From Schmidtea polychroa (Eukaryota): a stretch of DNA of 64,000 nucleotides. Where the stretch lies: assembly GCA_044892525.1 (NCBI GenBank), contig CM097885.1, positions 30,010,001-30,074,000 of the forward strand, read 5' to 3'. Positions 36,600-49,620 of this stretch are shown one piece after another. Positions within the stretch are counted from its first letter, which is position 1, and the number at the start of each line of letters is the position of its first letter. The notes beneath the pieces were generated by a model. The model was not told the DNA's origin, ran no database searches, and saw only the letters and a program-made list of their open reading frames with translations. The position numbers were made by a program, and so were the translations under genes.

Positions 36600-37421
36600 A
36601 TGGTATATGAAGAAAGGTTGGCTCTTTTAAAAAAATTACAATCTGAACAAAACAACTATAATAAAAAAAATTTAAACCAACAGAATGAATCTCTGATATT
36701 AAATGAAGTGATGATGCAACAACAACAACCAACCATTAAAGCCATAGAGACTTTAAAACCTTTGGGATTAAAACCTTTAGAATTAAAACCTTCAGGATTA
36801 AAACCCTTGGAACAACCTTTGGAATTAGAGCCCCTTGAGATGATGAAACCTTCGGAGATGAAACCTCTTATCGTTGATCCTAAAATTAATCAAGGTTTGA
36901 GTCCTTCAATTAAACCCTCATTTATTATTAATGATCATGGATATCAAATAATAACAATTAATAAACAAAACTTTACTTTTTATTTAGATCCAGAAAATAA
37001 TTCACACATTCGTTCACAAAATGTTTATAATAATAAACATTTAAACCTTGAATTTTCAGATGTTTTTTTAAGATTAATTTGTGGATATCCCCTAGAGGAT
37101 GATTCCCCAGATGAAATTAAAAAATATTTAAGTTTAATGAAATTAATAGGAGCTAGTTCAAATTCAAAATATATTCAAGAGTTAAAGAATAAAAATGAAA
37201 GGGGTTATATTGTTACAGAGGGTACGGAGTTCAAAGATACAAAGTTCAAAGGTAAGGGATTCAATAATCCTATCAATCTTTTTATTGAATTAAGAAAATT
37301 ATTAGGAGCTAAAAAAGCAGGATATAATAATTTAAATTCTGATATTTTAAAGATTTCAAAAGAATTATTAAATCAAGGAATAATTTCAAAAGATAAATTT
37401 TTAAAGTATACAAAGTTTTAA
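36600..37421 (+). CDS. Conserved Polinton protein of unknown function
   Basis: Starts MVYEERL as the separate ORF 61936-62796 does; C-terminal NPINLFIELRKLLGAKKAG...ELLNQGII motif. Confidence 0.65.
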   Translation: MVYEERLALLKKLQSEQNNYNKKNLNQQNESLILNEVMMQQQQPTIKAIETLKPLGLKPLELKPSGLKPLEQPLELEPLEMMKPSEMKPLIVDPKINQGLSPSIKPSFIINDHGYQIITINKQNFTFYLDPENNSHIRSQNVYNNKHLNLEFSDVFLRLICGYPLEDDSPDEIKKYLSLMKLIGASSNSKYIQELKNKNERGYIVTEGTEFKDTKFKGKGFNNPINLFIELRKLLGAKKAGYNNLNSDILKISKELLNQGIISKDKFLKYTKF

Positions 37422-37474
37422 GATACAAAGTTTTAATATACAAAGTTTTAAGATACAAAGTTTTAAATATAGAA

Positions 37475-37993
37475 ATGTCTATACTAGATTTTTTAAAAAC
37501 TTTTGGAATAAATGAAAAAACAAATTTTGATTTGAAAGATTATGCAGATTATTTAAATTTAAAAATTAAAATATTAATGAATAATGAAAAATTATACAAG
37601 ATTTGAAAAACTAAAAAGAATAATATTATTATAAACTATCAAAATTCAAATGAAAAAGGATCTCATTGGGTTTGTATATTTCAAGATTCATTCCACAAGT
37701 CCGTTTTAGACTCTGTATACTTTGATTCTTTTGGGATTAAACCTACTAAAGAAGTACAAGACTATCTTGAGTCTAGGGACACTTCCGTAGGGACTTCCAA
37801 AGGTTCCTCCAAAGGTTGTTCCAAAGATTATACTTTTAATAATATACAAGTTCAACCTAATAATACTAAAATATGTGGTATTTTAAGTTTATATATCCTT
37901 TATAAACTAAATAGAGATCAAGATTTTAAATCTATAATCCAAGAAATTTATAATAGTTTAGAACCTTTAATCTCTGAAAGTCTGAAAGTTTGA
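37475..37993 (+). pseudogene. Adenain-like (C5) maturation protease, copy 1, frameshifted
   Basis: GSHWVC, YFDSFG, QVQ, KICG; homologous to 62819-63283. Confidence 0.85.
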
Positions 37994-38001
37994 TATAATA
38001 A

Positions 38002-38738
38002 ATGGAAGATGATTTAAAAAAAATGGTAAACATAATGTCTAATAAATATTCAAGAAGTTTATTAATAAATTCAAATGAATCAGATTTTACTATAAATTTT
38101 GAAGACTCAATAAATTTAGATAAAGATTTAAATTATGAATTAGGACTCTTGTGGTTTTCATGTTTTAATACTATTTTTAATATAAACTCTAATAATAATA
38201 AATTTATACTTGAGAGTAATAATAATATTATACGAATTGAACCTGGATCATATGAAATCTTAGATTTAGCAAAAGTAATTTCAAAAGAAACAAATGGAAA
38301 TGTAGAAATAAAAGCAGATGTTCAAACCTCTAAATGTATATTAACTTTAAAAAATGTTGGACTTTCTTTTAATACTTCTAGTTTCTTTCATACTATTTTA
38401 GGTTTTGAAGCTAAAGAGTATACACCTGGAACAACCTATGGAACCTTTAAATCTAAAAATATTATACAGATTACAAATACAAATTCTATAAATATTGAAT
38501 GTGATTGTATAACAGGTTCATATAATAATGGTAAACATGCAAATATTTTATATTCTTTTCCTTCAAACATTGTAAGAGTTGGATATAAAATGGTTGAAAG
38601 AATGAATCCTCCAAATTATTTACCAATATGTAGAAAAACATAATGAGTATAAGTTTTAAAATTGTTGATGAAAACGGAGAATTGATTAGTTTTAATGGAG
38701 AAAAAATTTCAATGTGTTTATCTTTAAGACAGGTCTGA
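38002..38738 (+). pseudogene. Minor capsid (penton) protein, copy 1, frameshift near 38640
   Basis: DFTINFEDSINL...YELGL...FNI...NNKF...IEPGSYE...INIECDCITGSYNNG...ILYSF...GYKMVE...YLP, then IVDENGELISFNGE in the shifted frame. Confidence 0.85.
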
Positions 38739-38810
38739 TCCTTGATAAAGGTCTGATAAAGGTCTGATAACCTAGCCAGGCTAAACTATCAGGATTTTAT
38801 TAGTAAATAA

Positions 38811-38953
38811 ATGAATTATAATAAATTTGGTTTATATAATGAAGGATTAAAAGATGAAGATGTTTTAAGCTTAACAGAAAAAAAATATATTAATGAAAAA
38901 GGTGATTCCATGAAAGGAGATTTAATTTTAAATGGACATAGGATAAAAGAACT
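38811..38953 (+). pseudogene. N-terminus of a fibre-like protein, truncated by a rearrangement
   Basis: KYINEKGDSMKGDLILNGHRIKEL resembles the GDxMxGxL fibre/adhesin motif; follows the penton gene. Confidence 0.5.
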
Positions 38954-39688
38954 TACCTTTACTCTCATGATTTCTAATTCTGTTGGAGCAGAAGGCAGTG
39001 GTTCTCTACCTGAGAGTTCTCTTATCTCTGGATAGACCCCTGGGGGGAACCGTTAGATAAATTTTTTCAAACTTTACATCCTCCATTTTAATAGTTAAAA
39101 AATAATTAATTAAACTCTCAACAAAACTTTATTGTCTGGTACCAATACTCGCATATCATAAGAATCTCTTGTTGAGAGAATGTCTTTATACAATTCTTTC
39201 AATGCTTTACGAACTTCATCAACATCAACCTTTTTTTCATAAAATATTAAATCTATATAATCCACAAGTGTGCTTTTAAAAATAATATTCTTACTTTTAA
39301 CTTTATGTGTTTTGTGTGATTCAGTATTATCATGCCAATGTCCATGTGGTAAATCATAACCACTCATTATAACATCACCCTTTTCAAACTTACTATTATA
39401 ATCACATTTCACAAACCAAGACATTATTTCACCATCATCATTAAATAAAAGGAAATAAGGATCTATAATCTTTACAACCATAAAAACACTCCATTCTTTA
39501 CTATTTGTTGTTATTAAAGTTGGTTCTATAAAATGTTTATATGTATGGGGTAATAATATTTTATTCTGTTCTAATTCAGCAGCTCTTTTTCTAATACTAT
39601 GTGTGGTGTTAATGTGTGTTGTATGAGACTCTAATTTTACAAGTCTTGCATTAAATGATGTAATCATCTCATTTATTATGTTATATAT

Positions 39689-42153
39689 CAGAGCTGGCGA
39701 ACCTATGGCACGTGTGCCCAAAGTGGCACGCGAGACGATTTCGTGTGGCACGCCAAACCTTTGAGATAAAACAAATTTGTGTAAATTTTAGTAGTATAAA
39801 ATCATTGAAATCGCAATTTAACACTTCAGCATGATTTTATTGTGCAAATATTTTAGAAACCGTTAAGTAGGAATCGAACAATAGGTCATTTTCAGATGGC
39901 AGAATATATATTTCTTATGATTAAATCTATAAATTATTTTCTATCATTTTTTGTATATTCCGCATTTGTTTTAACAAGTAAAAATAAACAAGTTAAGATG
40001 CGCACAAATTTGATGACGCAGACATCTTGTTGACATTATTATTGGTGAAAAATTGAATTTATGTTGTAAATATTTAATATTTTAAAAATAGAAATTTTGC
40101 TAAATAAAATGTCGTGTTCAAAGTTAAAAAAAAAAACTTTCAGAAGGAAGTGGCAGGGAATTCCAAGATTAGTGGACTGAACGATATGGAGTAATCAACA
40201 AACAAAGTAAGGCCTTGTGTGTCTTGTGTTCTGAAAGCGTTGTTTGTCGAACATCTTCAGTTAAATGTCACTATGAAAGTAATCACAATTGGCTTCTTGG
40301 CAAAAGCGAAGATGAACAAAAAGAATATATATTGCGCCAGTTAAAAAATGCAAATTTACAATCCTGTTCGTTTGTAAAGTTTGTTAAAGTACATCTAACT
40401 TAGTGTCTGCAAGTTTCGAAATTTCCAAAATAATATCTAAGCATGGCAAGTCTTTCAGTGATGGTGATTACATCAAAGAAACTTGCGCCATATTTGTTTG
40501 AAGATTTTCCAAATAAAGACCAAATTTTTCAGCGAATAAAAGATCTGCCAATTAGTCGAAATACAGTAAAAGAGAGAATAATTAACTTGAATTCAAATAT
40601 TGAGAAATAATTAAAAGAAGACATCAAGTTATGTCAGGCCTTCTATATTTGCCTGGACGAGTACTGATGTAACATCGTCTGCTCGATTAGCCATCATTGT
40701 TAGATATTCGAAAGAAAACAAACTGCGCGAAGAACTAATAAAACTGACCAAGTTATTTGGAACAACAACGGGTGCAGAAATATGCCAAAAAGTCGTAGAT
40801 GAACTGAAAAATGCAGATTTAGACGTAAATAAAATAGTCTCTGTAACGACTGACGGTGCACCAAGTATGACTGGAAAAGATGCGGGTTTAGTGAATTTGT
40901 TTACGAAACATGTTGGACACCCACTGTTTGCGTTTCACTGTACTGTGCACCAAGAAGCCTTGTGTGCAAAATCCGATTTGAAGGAACTTGAAGATGTTAT
41001 GAAAATGGTAACAAAAATTGTAAATTTCATTACTACTCGTGCTTTGAATAAGAGAAAATTTGAACTGCTGTTAAATTAAGTCTAGTCCGTTTACTCTGGG
41101 TTACTAGTGTATAATAGTGTTCGCTGGCTTAGCAGAGGTCGTGTGCTGGAACGTTTCGTGGAATGCCTTGATGAAATTCAGCAGACTAATGTTCTTTACA
41201 GATTTTACTTCACATCTAAATGAACTTAACACTAAGTTGCAAGGTTTTGGAAAAACCGTTGACGAGGCTTTTGACGTTATAAAAGCATTTGAAAAGAAGT
41301 TGAAAATTTTCAAACGTGATTTAGAAAAACAAGAGTTTCAATATTTTCAAATACTTAAAAGATTTTATACTGAAATAGAAATCCATGAAACCGTTGTCAA
41401 AGAAGCTCAAATTTTGCTATTTTTAGAGACAATCGACGCAACCCTCGAACAATTTTCAGTGTGTTTTGTTCAGTTTAGAAAGTTTGAAGACACATAAAAA
41501 TTTTTTAAAATATCCAGATACAGTCGAGTTTGAAAATTTGGATTTAACAATGTTCGACTGGATGGAAGTTTTTGAAATGCAGTTAGTTGAGCTACAGTTC
41601 AGCTCAATTTGGAAACAAAAGTTTGTTGACTTACGAGTGCGACTTGAAAGAATTGAACGTGAGCGCTGCAATGGATCAGAACCGCTGCTACCAGCTGAAA
41701 ATGAGGTGCTCAGTGTATGGAATTGTCTTCCTGAAACTTTCAACTCTCTGAAAAAAGTAGCGATTGCGATTTTGTCAATTTTCTCATCTAGTTACTCGTG
41801 CGAATCATTGTTTTCATCGATGAACTTTATAAAATCAGACACCAGAAACAGTTTGACTGACGACTTGAGTGCAGCTTGTGTAGCTTTGGAGAATACAAAA
41901 TATTCTCCAGATATAAAACTTTTATCATCCACTATACAACAGCAAGTCACATTGATTTTACTAAGTCACTAAATCACGTTAAATATATTCTTATAGTAAA
42001 GTTATACTATTATAGTAATTGTAGTTTTGTTAAAATTGAAGTATGTAACGGAATCAATTAAAATGCTAAAAAATGTACTTGGCACGCCAGCGTGTTTTTA
42101 TTTTTCAATTTTAAAATATTGGCACGCAATCTAAAAAAGGTTCGCCACCCCTG
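39689..42153 (+). mobile_element. Full-length hAT (Charlie/Buster, GTF2IRD2/EPM2AIP1-like) transposon, 2465 bp
   Basis: TIRs CAGAGCTGGCGAACCT / AGGTTCGCCACCCCTG; perfect 8-bp TSD TTATATAT (39681-39688, 42154-42161); subterminal TGGCACG repeats. Confidence 0.95.
40109..41972 (+). pseudogene. hAT transposase, multiple stops and frameshifts
   Basis: BED-like CVLC...HY...H, CLDE.TDV, VTTDGAPSMTG, FHCTVHQEALC, VRWLSRG, IFSSSYSCESLFSSM. Confidence 0.9.
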
Positions 42154-42469
42154 TTATATATTGTATTAATTTTATTATCCATAAGTTGTTTATGCATTAG
42201 TCTTTTATTTTTTAAAATTGATATTGTATCAGTTAACCTTTGAGTTTCTTCAGCTATCTTTTTAGCTTCTTCATTTAACTGGGTTTGTAATTTATTTATT
42301 TTAGATTCTAGTTAAGATTCTAAAGAATTATTAATAGTAGGTAGATAGTGGCCTACGGGAACAATTACCCCCCCCCCGGGGGGGGGGGGGGGTTTGTTCC
42401 CAAATTTTTATTACGCAATTGTTCCCAACTCATTTTTTTGCTTTCAGGGATTTTTGGTCCAAATTTTTT

Positions 42470-42995
42470 TTTATCACACTATAGTGAGAGGGTCTTGATG
42501 GTCCTGGGAATTTCTATACAAAAATCCGACTATCAATAAAAAAGTCAAGGATTATTCACACTATAGTGAGGGGGTCTCGATGGTCCTGGGATTTTCAATA
42601 CAAATAAAATTTTTTCTATACAAAAATCCGACTACCACTAAAAAAGCCAAGGATTATTCACACTATAGTGAGGGGGTCTCGATGGTCCTGGGATTTTCAA
42701 TACAAAAATCCTACTACCAATAAAAAAGCCAAGGATTTTTCAGACTATAGTGAGGAGGTCTCGATGGTCCTGAGAAATAGGTGGTCTACACTAAAAAAGC
42801 ATGGTAATTTAAGGTCTCGGGATATTTTCAATACAAAAAGCTGGTCTACACTAAAAAAGCATGGTAATTTAAGGTCTCAGGATATTTTCAATACAAATAG
42901 GTGGTCTACACTAAAAAAGCCAAGGATTTTTCAGACTATAGTGAGGTGAGTCTCCTTGGTCCTGAGAAATAGGTGGTCTACAGTAAAAAACGTGG
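42470..42995 (+). repeat. Subterminal modular ~50-100-bp repeats with palindromic CACTATAGTG cores (mirror at ~56975-58050 with more copies)
   Basis: cactatagtgagggggtctcgatggtcctgggattttcaatac and ctaaaaaagcatggtaatttaaggtctc modules. Confidence 0.9.
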
Positions 42996-43820
42996 TAAAT
43001 TTTTCAATTAAAGTAAATAATGGTCCTAAAAATTAAATTACAGTAAATAATGGTTCTAAAAATTAAAGTAAATTATGGTTCAAATTTTTCAATTAAAGTA
43101 AATAATGGTCCTAAAAATTTAATTAAGGTCCTAAAAATTAAATTAAAGTAAATTAAGGTTCTAAAAATTAAATTAAAGTAAATAATGGTTCTAAAAATTT
43201 AAATTACAGTAAATTATGGTTCTAAAATATTAAATTACAGTAAATTATGGCTCAAATTTTTGAATTACAGTAAATTATGGGTCTAAAAAATTAAATTACA
43301 GTAAATAATGGTCCAAATTTTTAAATTAAAGTAAATTATGGTCTAAATAAGTAAATTATGGTTCTAAAAATTAAATTATAGTAAATTATGGTTCTAAAAT
43401 ATTAAATTACAGTAAATTATGGCTCAAATTTTTGAATTACAGTAATTAATGGTTCTTAAAAATTAAATTAAAGTAAATAATGGTTCTAAAAATTTAAATT
43501 ACAGTAAATTATGGTCTAAAAATTAAATTAAAGTAAATTATGGTCAAACATTTTAAATTAAAGTAAATAATGGTCCAAATTTTTCCAATACAGTAAATTA
43601 TGGGTCTAAAAATTAAATTACAGTAAATAATGGTTCTAAAAATTAAATTAAAGTAAATTTAGGTTCTAAAAATTAAATTACAGTAAATTAAGGTCCAAAT
43701 TTTAAAATTAAGTAATCAATGGTAAAAAATTTTAAATAAGTAAATTAAAGTAATAATTTTTAAATTAAGTAATCAATGGTAAATAATTTTAAATAAGTAA
43801 ATTAAAGTAAGATTTTAAAA
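42996..43820 (+). repeat. AT-rich minisatellite built on AAATTA(A/C)AGTAAAT(T/A)ATGGTTCTAAA (mirror ~56230-56970)
   Basis: Many degenerate tandem copies. Confidence 0.9.
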
Positions 43821-44019
43821 TTTATTAACAAAAAGTTGAAGGTGTTTGAGAATTGAAATTTTTTAATGAAAATTTTTATGGAATAATTTTTTTAAGTAAT
43901 TTTTAATGGAAATTTTTATGAAATATTTTTCAATGATAATTTTAGATGGAAATTTTTAAGATAATTTTTAATGAAAATTTTTATGAAATATTTTTCAAAG
44001 ACAAATTTTAATAATAATT

Positions 44020-45420
44020 CAACAACAAACCAACAACTTAGTACCAACAACCAGTAACTTATGAACATGTATTAACAACCAGATACCTACAACTAGTTAC
44101 TAACAACCAGTTACCTGATACCAGATACCTACAACTAGATACCTACAACTAGTTACCTGATACCAACTACTAACAACCACCTACCCATTAACTAGCTACA
44201 ACCCGCTAACAACTAGCTACCACCTACCAAGTACTTACAACTAGATACCACGTACTAAATAACTCTCAAACAACCAAGTACCTACAACAAATTACCAGAT
44301 ACCAAGTACCTACAACTAGTTACTAACAACTAGTTACCTGATACTAAGTACCTACAACCACCTAACAAGTACTAACAGCCAAAAACAAGCAACCAACCAG
44401 GTACCAGATACCACCTACTAAGTACCAACAACCAACTAGCTACCAGATACCTACAACTAGATACTAACAACTAGATACCAAGTACCTACAACCACCTACC
44501 CATTAACTAGCTACCAAGTACTAACAACTAGGTCTCAAACAACTAAATACTAACAACCAGTTACCAACTACTAAGCATTAATTACCTACAACTAGTTACT
44601 AACAACTAGATACCAAGTACTTACAACCACCATCAACCAGGTACTAAGCATCATCAACTAACTACTAAGTACCTACAACCTACAACTAGATACTAACAAC
44701 CAGTTACCTGCTACCAAGTACTTACAACTAGTTACTAACAACCAACCAACTAGGTACTAGATACCAAGTACTTACAACCGACAACAACCAGTTACTAAGC
44801 ATTATTAACCAACTACTAAGTACCTACAACCTACAACTAGATACTAACAACCAGTTACCTGATACCAAATACTTACAACTAGATACCAAGTACTATCAAC
44901 CAAAAACAACCAACCAACTAGGTACTAGATACCAAGCACTCACAACCAACATCAACCAGGTACTAAGCATTATCAACCAACTAAATACTAAGTACTAACA
45001 ACCAACCAACCAGTTACCTGATACCAAGTACTTACAACTAGTTACTAACAACCAGATACCTACAACTAGTTACTAGATACCAAGTACTTACAACCGACAA
45101 CAACCAGTTACTAAGCATTATTAACCAACTACTAAGTACTAACAACTAACTACCACCTACCAAGTACTAACAATCAAAACAACCAAGTACTAACAACCAA
45201 CAACAACCAGCTAACAACTAACTACCACCTACCAAGTACCTACAACTAGTTACTAACAACTAGTTACCCATTAACTAGCTACAACCAACACTCAACTAGC
45301 TACCAACTACTAAGTACCTACAACCAACATCAACCAGGTACTAGATACCAAGTACTAACAACCAAGTAACTTACCTAGTAATAAGCACTGTCAACTAGGT
45401 ACCAAGCACTTACAAGCAGA
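44020..45420 (+). repeat. Strand-biased C/A-rich satellite built from ACTAACAACC / ACCTACAACTAG / TACCAAGT words (mirror ~54870-55985)
   Basis: G-poor low-complexity array; organisation differs between the arms. Confidence 0.9.
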
Positions 45421-45721
45421 TGACCACATGAAATTATTGGTTAAATATGAAAATAAGGGTTATAATTAGTTGTTAAGTAAATTATGGTGTAAAATTAAGA
45501 AATAAAGAATAATTAGGTAAATTAAAGTAATAATTTTTAAAAAAGTAAATTAAGGTTCAAATTTTAAATTAAATAAGTAAATTAAAGTAATAATTTTTAA
45601 ATAATTAATGTACTAAGTAAATTAAACTAAGATTTTTAAATTTATTATCAAAAGATTGAATAACCACCAACTTTTTTGAGAAATGTAATTTATAATGTAA
45701 ATTTAAATGGAAATTTAAATG

Positions 45722-45722
<1 letters not shown>

Positions 45723-45800
<78 letters not shown>
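45723..45800 (+). repeat. (AAT)n microsatellite (imperfect mirror at 54476-54568)
   Basis: Pure AAT run. Confidence 0.95.
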
Positions 45801-46213
45801 TCAACAGTTACCAACAATCGGTTACTGATTATTTTTTAACTAGGTGCTAACAAATACTTACACCATGATACCACGTACTAACTAACTCTCAAACAACCAG
45901 ATACTTACAACTAACTACTAAATATTCTTTATTGTATTTTATGAAATGCTTTTTAAATTAATTTTTTATCTATCTTCAAAAATATATTTAATTACAATCA
46001 TTAGAAAAACCTTTTCAAATTTAACAAAAATGTTGATTTTCATCAAAAAACCACAACTCATCACCACGTGGAATTCAAAATAATTTAAATGAAAGACTAA
46101 TGAATTCTAATTTACAAAACATTCTTCTTTTAATTGATAACTACTGACTTATTATTGCAAAGTAAAAATCGCATTCAATAAATACTTATTGTTGATCAGT
46201 TTTATTATATATA

Positions 46214-49078
46214 CTCTGAGTTTATCCGACAGGATGTTTTGACCCCCCTAAGGGTACAGGTCGTAAGGGTACTAGTCGTAAGGGTACTGGTCGTAAGGGT
46301 ACAGGTCGTAAGGGTACTGGTCGTAAAGGTACTAGTCGTAGGGGTATTGATCACTCTCAATCCCCACCTACCCATTAAGTAGTTACTATCAATCAGCTAA
46401 CAACTAGATACCATGTACTAACAACCACCATCAAAACCCATCGAGAAATTAACAAATATCAACCTACAACTAGATACATACAACCAGATACCTGCTACCA
46501 AGTACCAAGTACTAACAACCAACTACTTACAACCAACAACTATGTACTAACAAATTGATCTTTAAAAGCAAATACTCATCACTTGAAAAATTAGATGGAA
46601 AATTAATTGAACTCAAGGCATCAATAACTTGATAAAAATTGATTAAATTATTGTAAAAAATTTAAATTATTCGAAATAAATATCATAAAAATTTAATTAA
46701 TGGACAAGAAAAAATTCTAATCATCCAATAAATAAAAAAAATGCTGATCATTCAAGTTGAATCAACTAAGATAATAAATTAATAAGATAAGATCTAGTAG
46801 ATAATTGATTTAGATTGAATAAATTATTTGAAATAAAATTTATTTTAAGTATTTTTTTAAAAGTAATACATGTACTCAAATCTATTTACTAATTCCTCAA
46901 TATATTCAAAAAATCAGTATGAATTCATTAAAATTATCAAAGTCAGCAATCTACAATAAAAATAATTATCATTAAATTCCAAAAGAGACTAGATAACTAA
47001 TGATAACATCTAACAAACCAGTAAATTCATTTAAATAATTGGTATATTCAAGCGAATTCTCTAATAAAATCATCTAAAAAGCATCAAATTTCCCTGAAAT
47101 ATATCAATATTTAAAGATTGGTATCTTATCGATAAGTACTTGTTAAAGATCATATATTCACCTCGAACTAACAAGATTCCTTAAAATCCCTCAAATGACT
47201 ATATTTCTACCCTTAATTCGTATTATTACAAATATTTCACTAAAATCATCTAAAAAGCATCAAATTTCCCTGAAATAACTATATCTTTAAAGATTAGTAT
47301 TTTATCGATAAATATCCTTAAAAGGTTATATATTTACCTCTGACTAATAAGATTGCTTTAATTCCTATTATCACGAATATTTCCTTATAAAACATGTAAA
47401 ATCATTAACCCTAAAGAATTTATAAAATCTAATGACAAAACCGGTTATAATAAAATTTTTGTTAATCACTGTAAATTTTTGTAAATCACTGTACTCGAAA
47501 TTTAAAATATATATAACTGACTAGGTCCCATTAAAAGATTAAATTTATCCATTCAATAAAATATATTTCTTCAAATGATCATTTTACCGATATTCAACCG
47601 ATTTAATTACTAATTAAAATCAAGATTTCTTCCAATAAAGATCAATTTTATTTAGTTGTCGATGTTTTAAATCAATATTTCTAAACTTTTGTCGTTGTCC
47701 GTCTAAATAAAGATAAAAATAATTTAAAGCTGATATCAATCCCAATTATCTGTAAAGTTTTCATCGTCAAAACCAAGTAAATCGATCATTATCCCTACTT
47801 AATAAAACATTGTTCTAAAATAATTTACTGTGCATTAATCACAACCTAATAAAACGATATAATTATTATTGATTCATAACTGACTAATGTATTGCAATTT
47901 CCTTAAAAAACATTGATATTTTACCAACATCACCCTTAAAAAATCATATATTCCCATCGAAACCCTTCCCTCATTAAAAGCAACCGACTATATCTCCCTC
48001 ACAATAATATATTCCCATCTTAACCCATCTCACATTAAATCTAACCGACTATATCCCCTTAAAAGATCATATATTCCCATCTTAACCCATCCCTCATTAA
48101 ATTTAATAACCGACAATATCCCATCTTATCCGATCTCTCAGCAAATATTTCTACCCTTTTAAACATCTAACCGAATATATCCTTCAATTCTACCCACTTG
48201 AATCCTCCTTTAATTCAATTCAGTCTTAAAATCTTTAAAGAACTTCAAAAATATGACTTAATTGTTATAGACACCAAATATTCTTCCATTGAAATAATTT
48301 AGTAGCTATGTAGTAAGAGTTCACTAAAAGATCAAAAATCAATATTTTCTACAAATATTTACCATCAAATACTGGAGATGATATATATTGATTGATCATA
48401 ATTCTTCATCGATTCAACCAATCATTTTCAAGCAATAATAGCAAACTACAATCATTTTCAAGTAAGTTAACTGGTTTCTTAGCTTATGTTTTTTAAAGTT
48501 CATCAATGAGTAAATATTCTTAGAAAAATATTGAAAACATTATTTAGTCAAATACATTACAAAGTTATCATCAAAAATCACTTAATTATTAACCTAATTG
48601 TCAATGAAATTAATTTTTATTTAAAAACTATTCAATAAAATACAACTAATTATCAAGAAATTAATTAAATTTATCATAGAACTAACTTTAAATATTCATT
48701 CAATAAACATGAAATTCACAAAAAACGATAAAAATTCACAAGAATGATAGAAATTCACAAAAAACGATAAAAATTCACAAGAATGATAGAAATTCACAAG
48801 AATGATAAAAATCCACAAGAATAATAGAAATTCACAAGAATGATAGAAATTCATAAAAATGATAGAAATTCACAAAAAAGATAGAAATTTACTTGAATAA
48901 AACCATCAACTCTAAAAATTATCAATGAATGCCTTATACAAATTTGCCTAAATAATCATTCAAATAAAAACATTAAATACCTTTACAACTAATACCCTTG
49001 CGACATGTTGAATGTGAGTAGTACCCTTGTGAGCAATACCCATAGGGGGACAGAATATTTTGTCGGATAAACTCAGAG
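46214..49078. mobile_element. Non-autonomous TA-flanked TIR element (Tc1/mariner-like ends), 2865 bp, left-arm copy
   Basis: TA|CTCTGAGTTTATCCGACA ... TGTCGGATAAACTCAGAG|TA with imperfect extension to ~45 bp; internal 15-bp (AGGGTACTGGTCGTA) and ~20-bp repeats; no ORF. Confidence 0.75.
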
Positions 49079-49620
49079 TATATATTAATTAACTCATTTT
49101 TCATTGAATTAGTCAAATTATCATAAATTTCGATAAAAAATCTAAAGTGGTAAGCAATGTAAAGAGAAATATTCTTTAAACTTTGATAAAATTAACAATG
49201 AAGGTGGTAAGAATCTTCATTAAAGTGAGTAAATTACTCGATGATAAATTCAAATGGGTGAAAATAATTGGTAGAATAATTCATTAATGGAGGTAAATAA
49301 TGAGAAGTGGCATGGATAACATGAAGGTTGATAAGAATGGAAGTATATTAATTTATTTAAAATTATTTCATAAAATTCATAAATTTAATAAAAAAAAAAC
49401 TTTTAAGACAAATATTTGTGGGGAATAATTAATCAAAATCGGGGGGATATTAGTGATTAATTAATGGAAAATAGAGAATCGGGGAATATAAGTGAATAAT
49501 TAATGGAAATTCTAGGGAATACAAATGATTAAATAGTGGAAATCGGGGGAATATAAGTTATAATAATTAGTGGGGTATTGAGAATCGGTGGAATATAAGT
49601 GAGAAGGATATGTAATTTAA

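Larger units (their letters stand above)
32117..42335 (+). mobile_element. Polinton/adintovirus-like endogenous element, lineage A, copy 1 (partial; no pPolB or own TIR seen)
   Basis: Compact MCP-INT-ATPase-pX-ORF-protease-penton-fibre gene block. Confidence 0.9.
39110..42335 (-). pseudogene. Coiled-coil plus globular C-terminal ORF (probable fibre C-terminus) split by a hAT insertion and cut by the foldback terminus
   Basis: Removing 39689-42153 and one TSD rejoins ...KINKLQTQLNEEAKK...DNKINTIYN/IINEMITSFNARLVKLES... in frame. Confidence 0.6.

Noticed and set aside
36066..37421. A natural single 451-aa gene
   Set aside because: Copy 2 has two separate genes; the fusion coincides with a GGTATAAA micro-duplication replacing the stop
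39689..39751. MPHEIVSRATLG... as the true start of ORF 39110-39751
   Set aside because: These codons are the hAT left end read on the minus strand; the real frame continues beyond 42161
44020..45420. Telomeric or interstitial telomere repeat
   Set aside because: C/A-rich but without a fixed TTAGGG- or TTAGG-type unit
45605..45817. Poly-Leu ORF, plus poly-Ile ORF 54427-54615 and other short ORFs inside the foldback
   Set aside because: Translations of (AAT)n and satellite DNA
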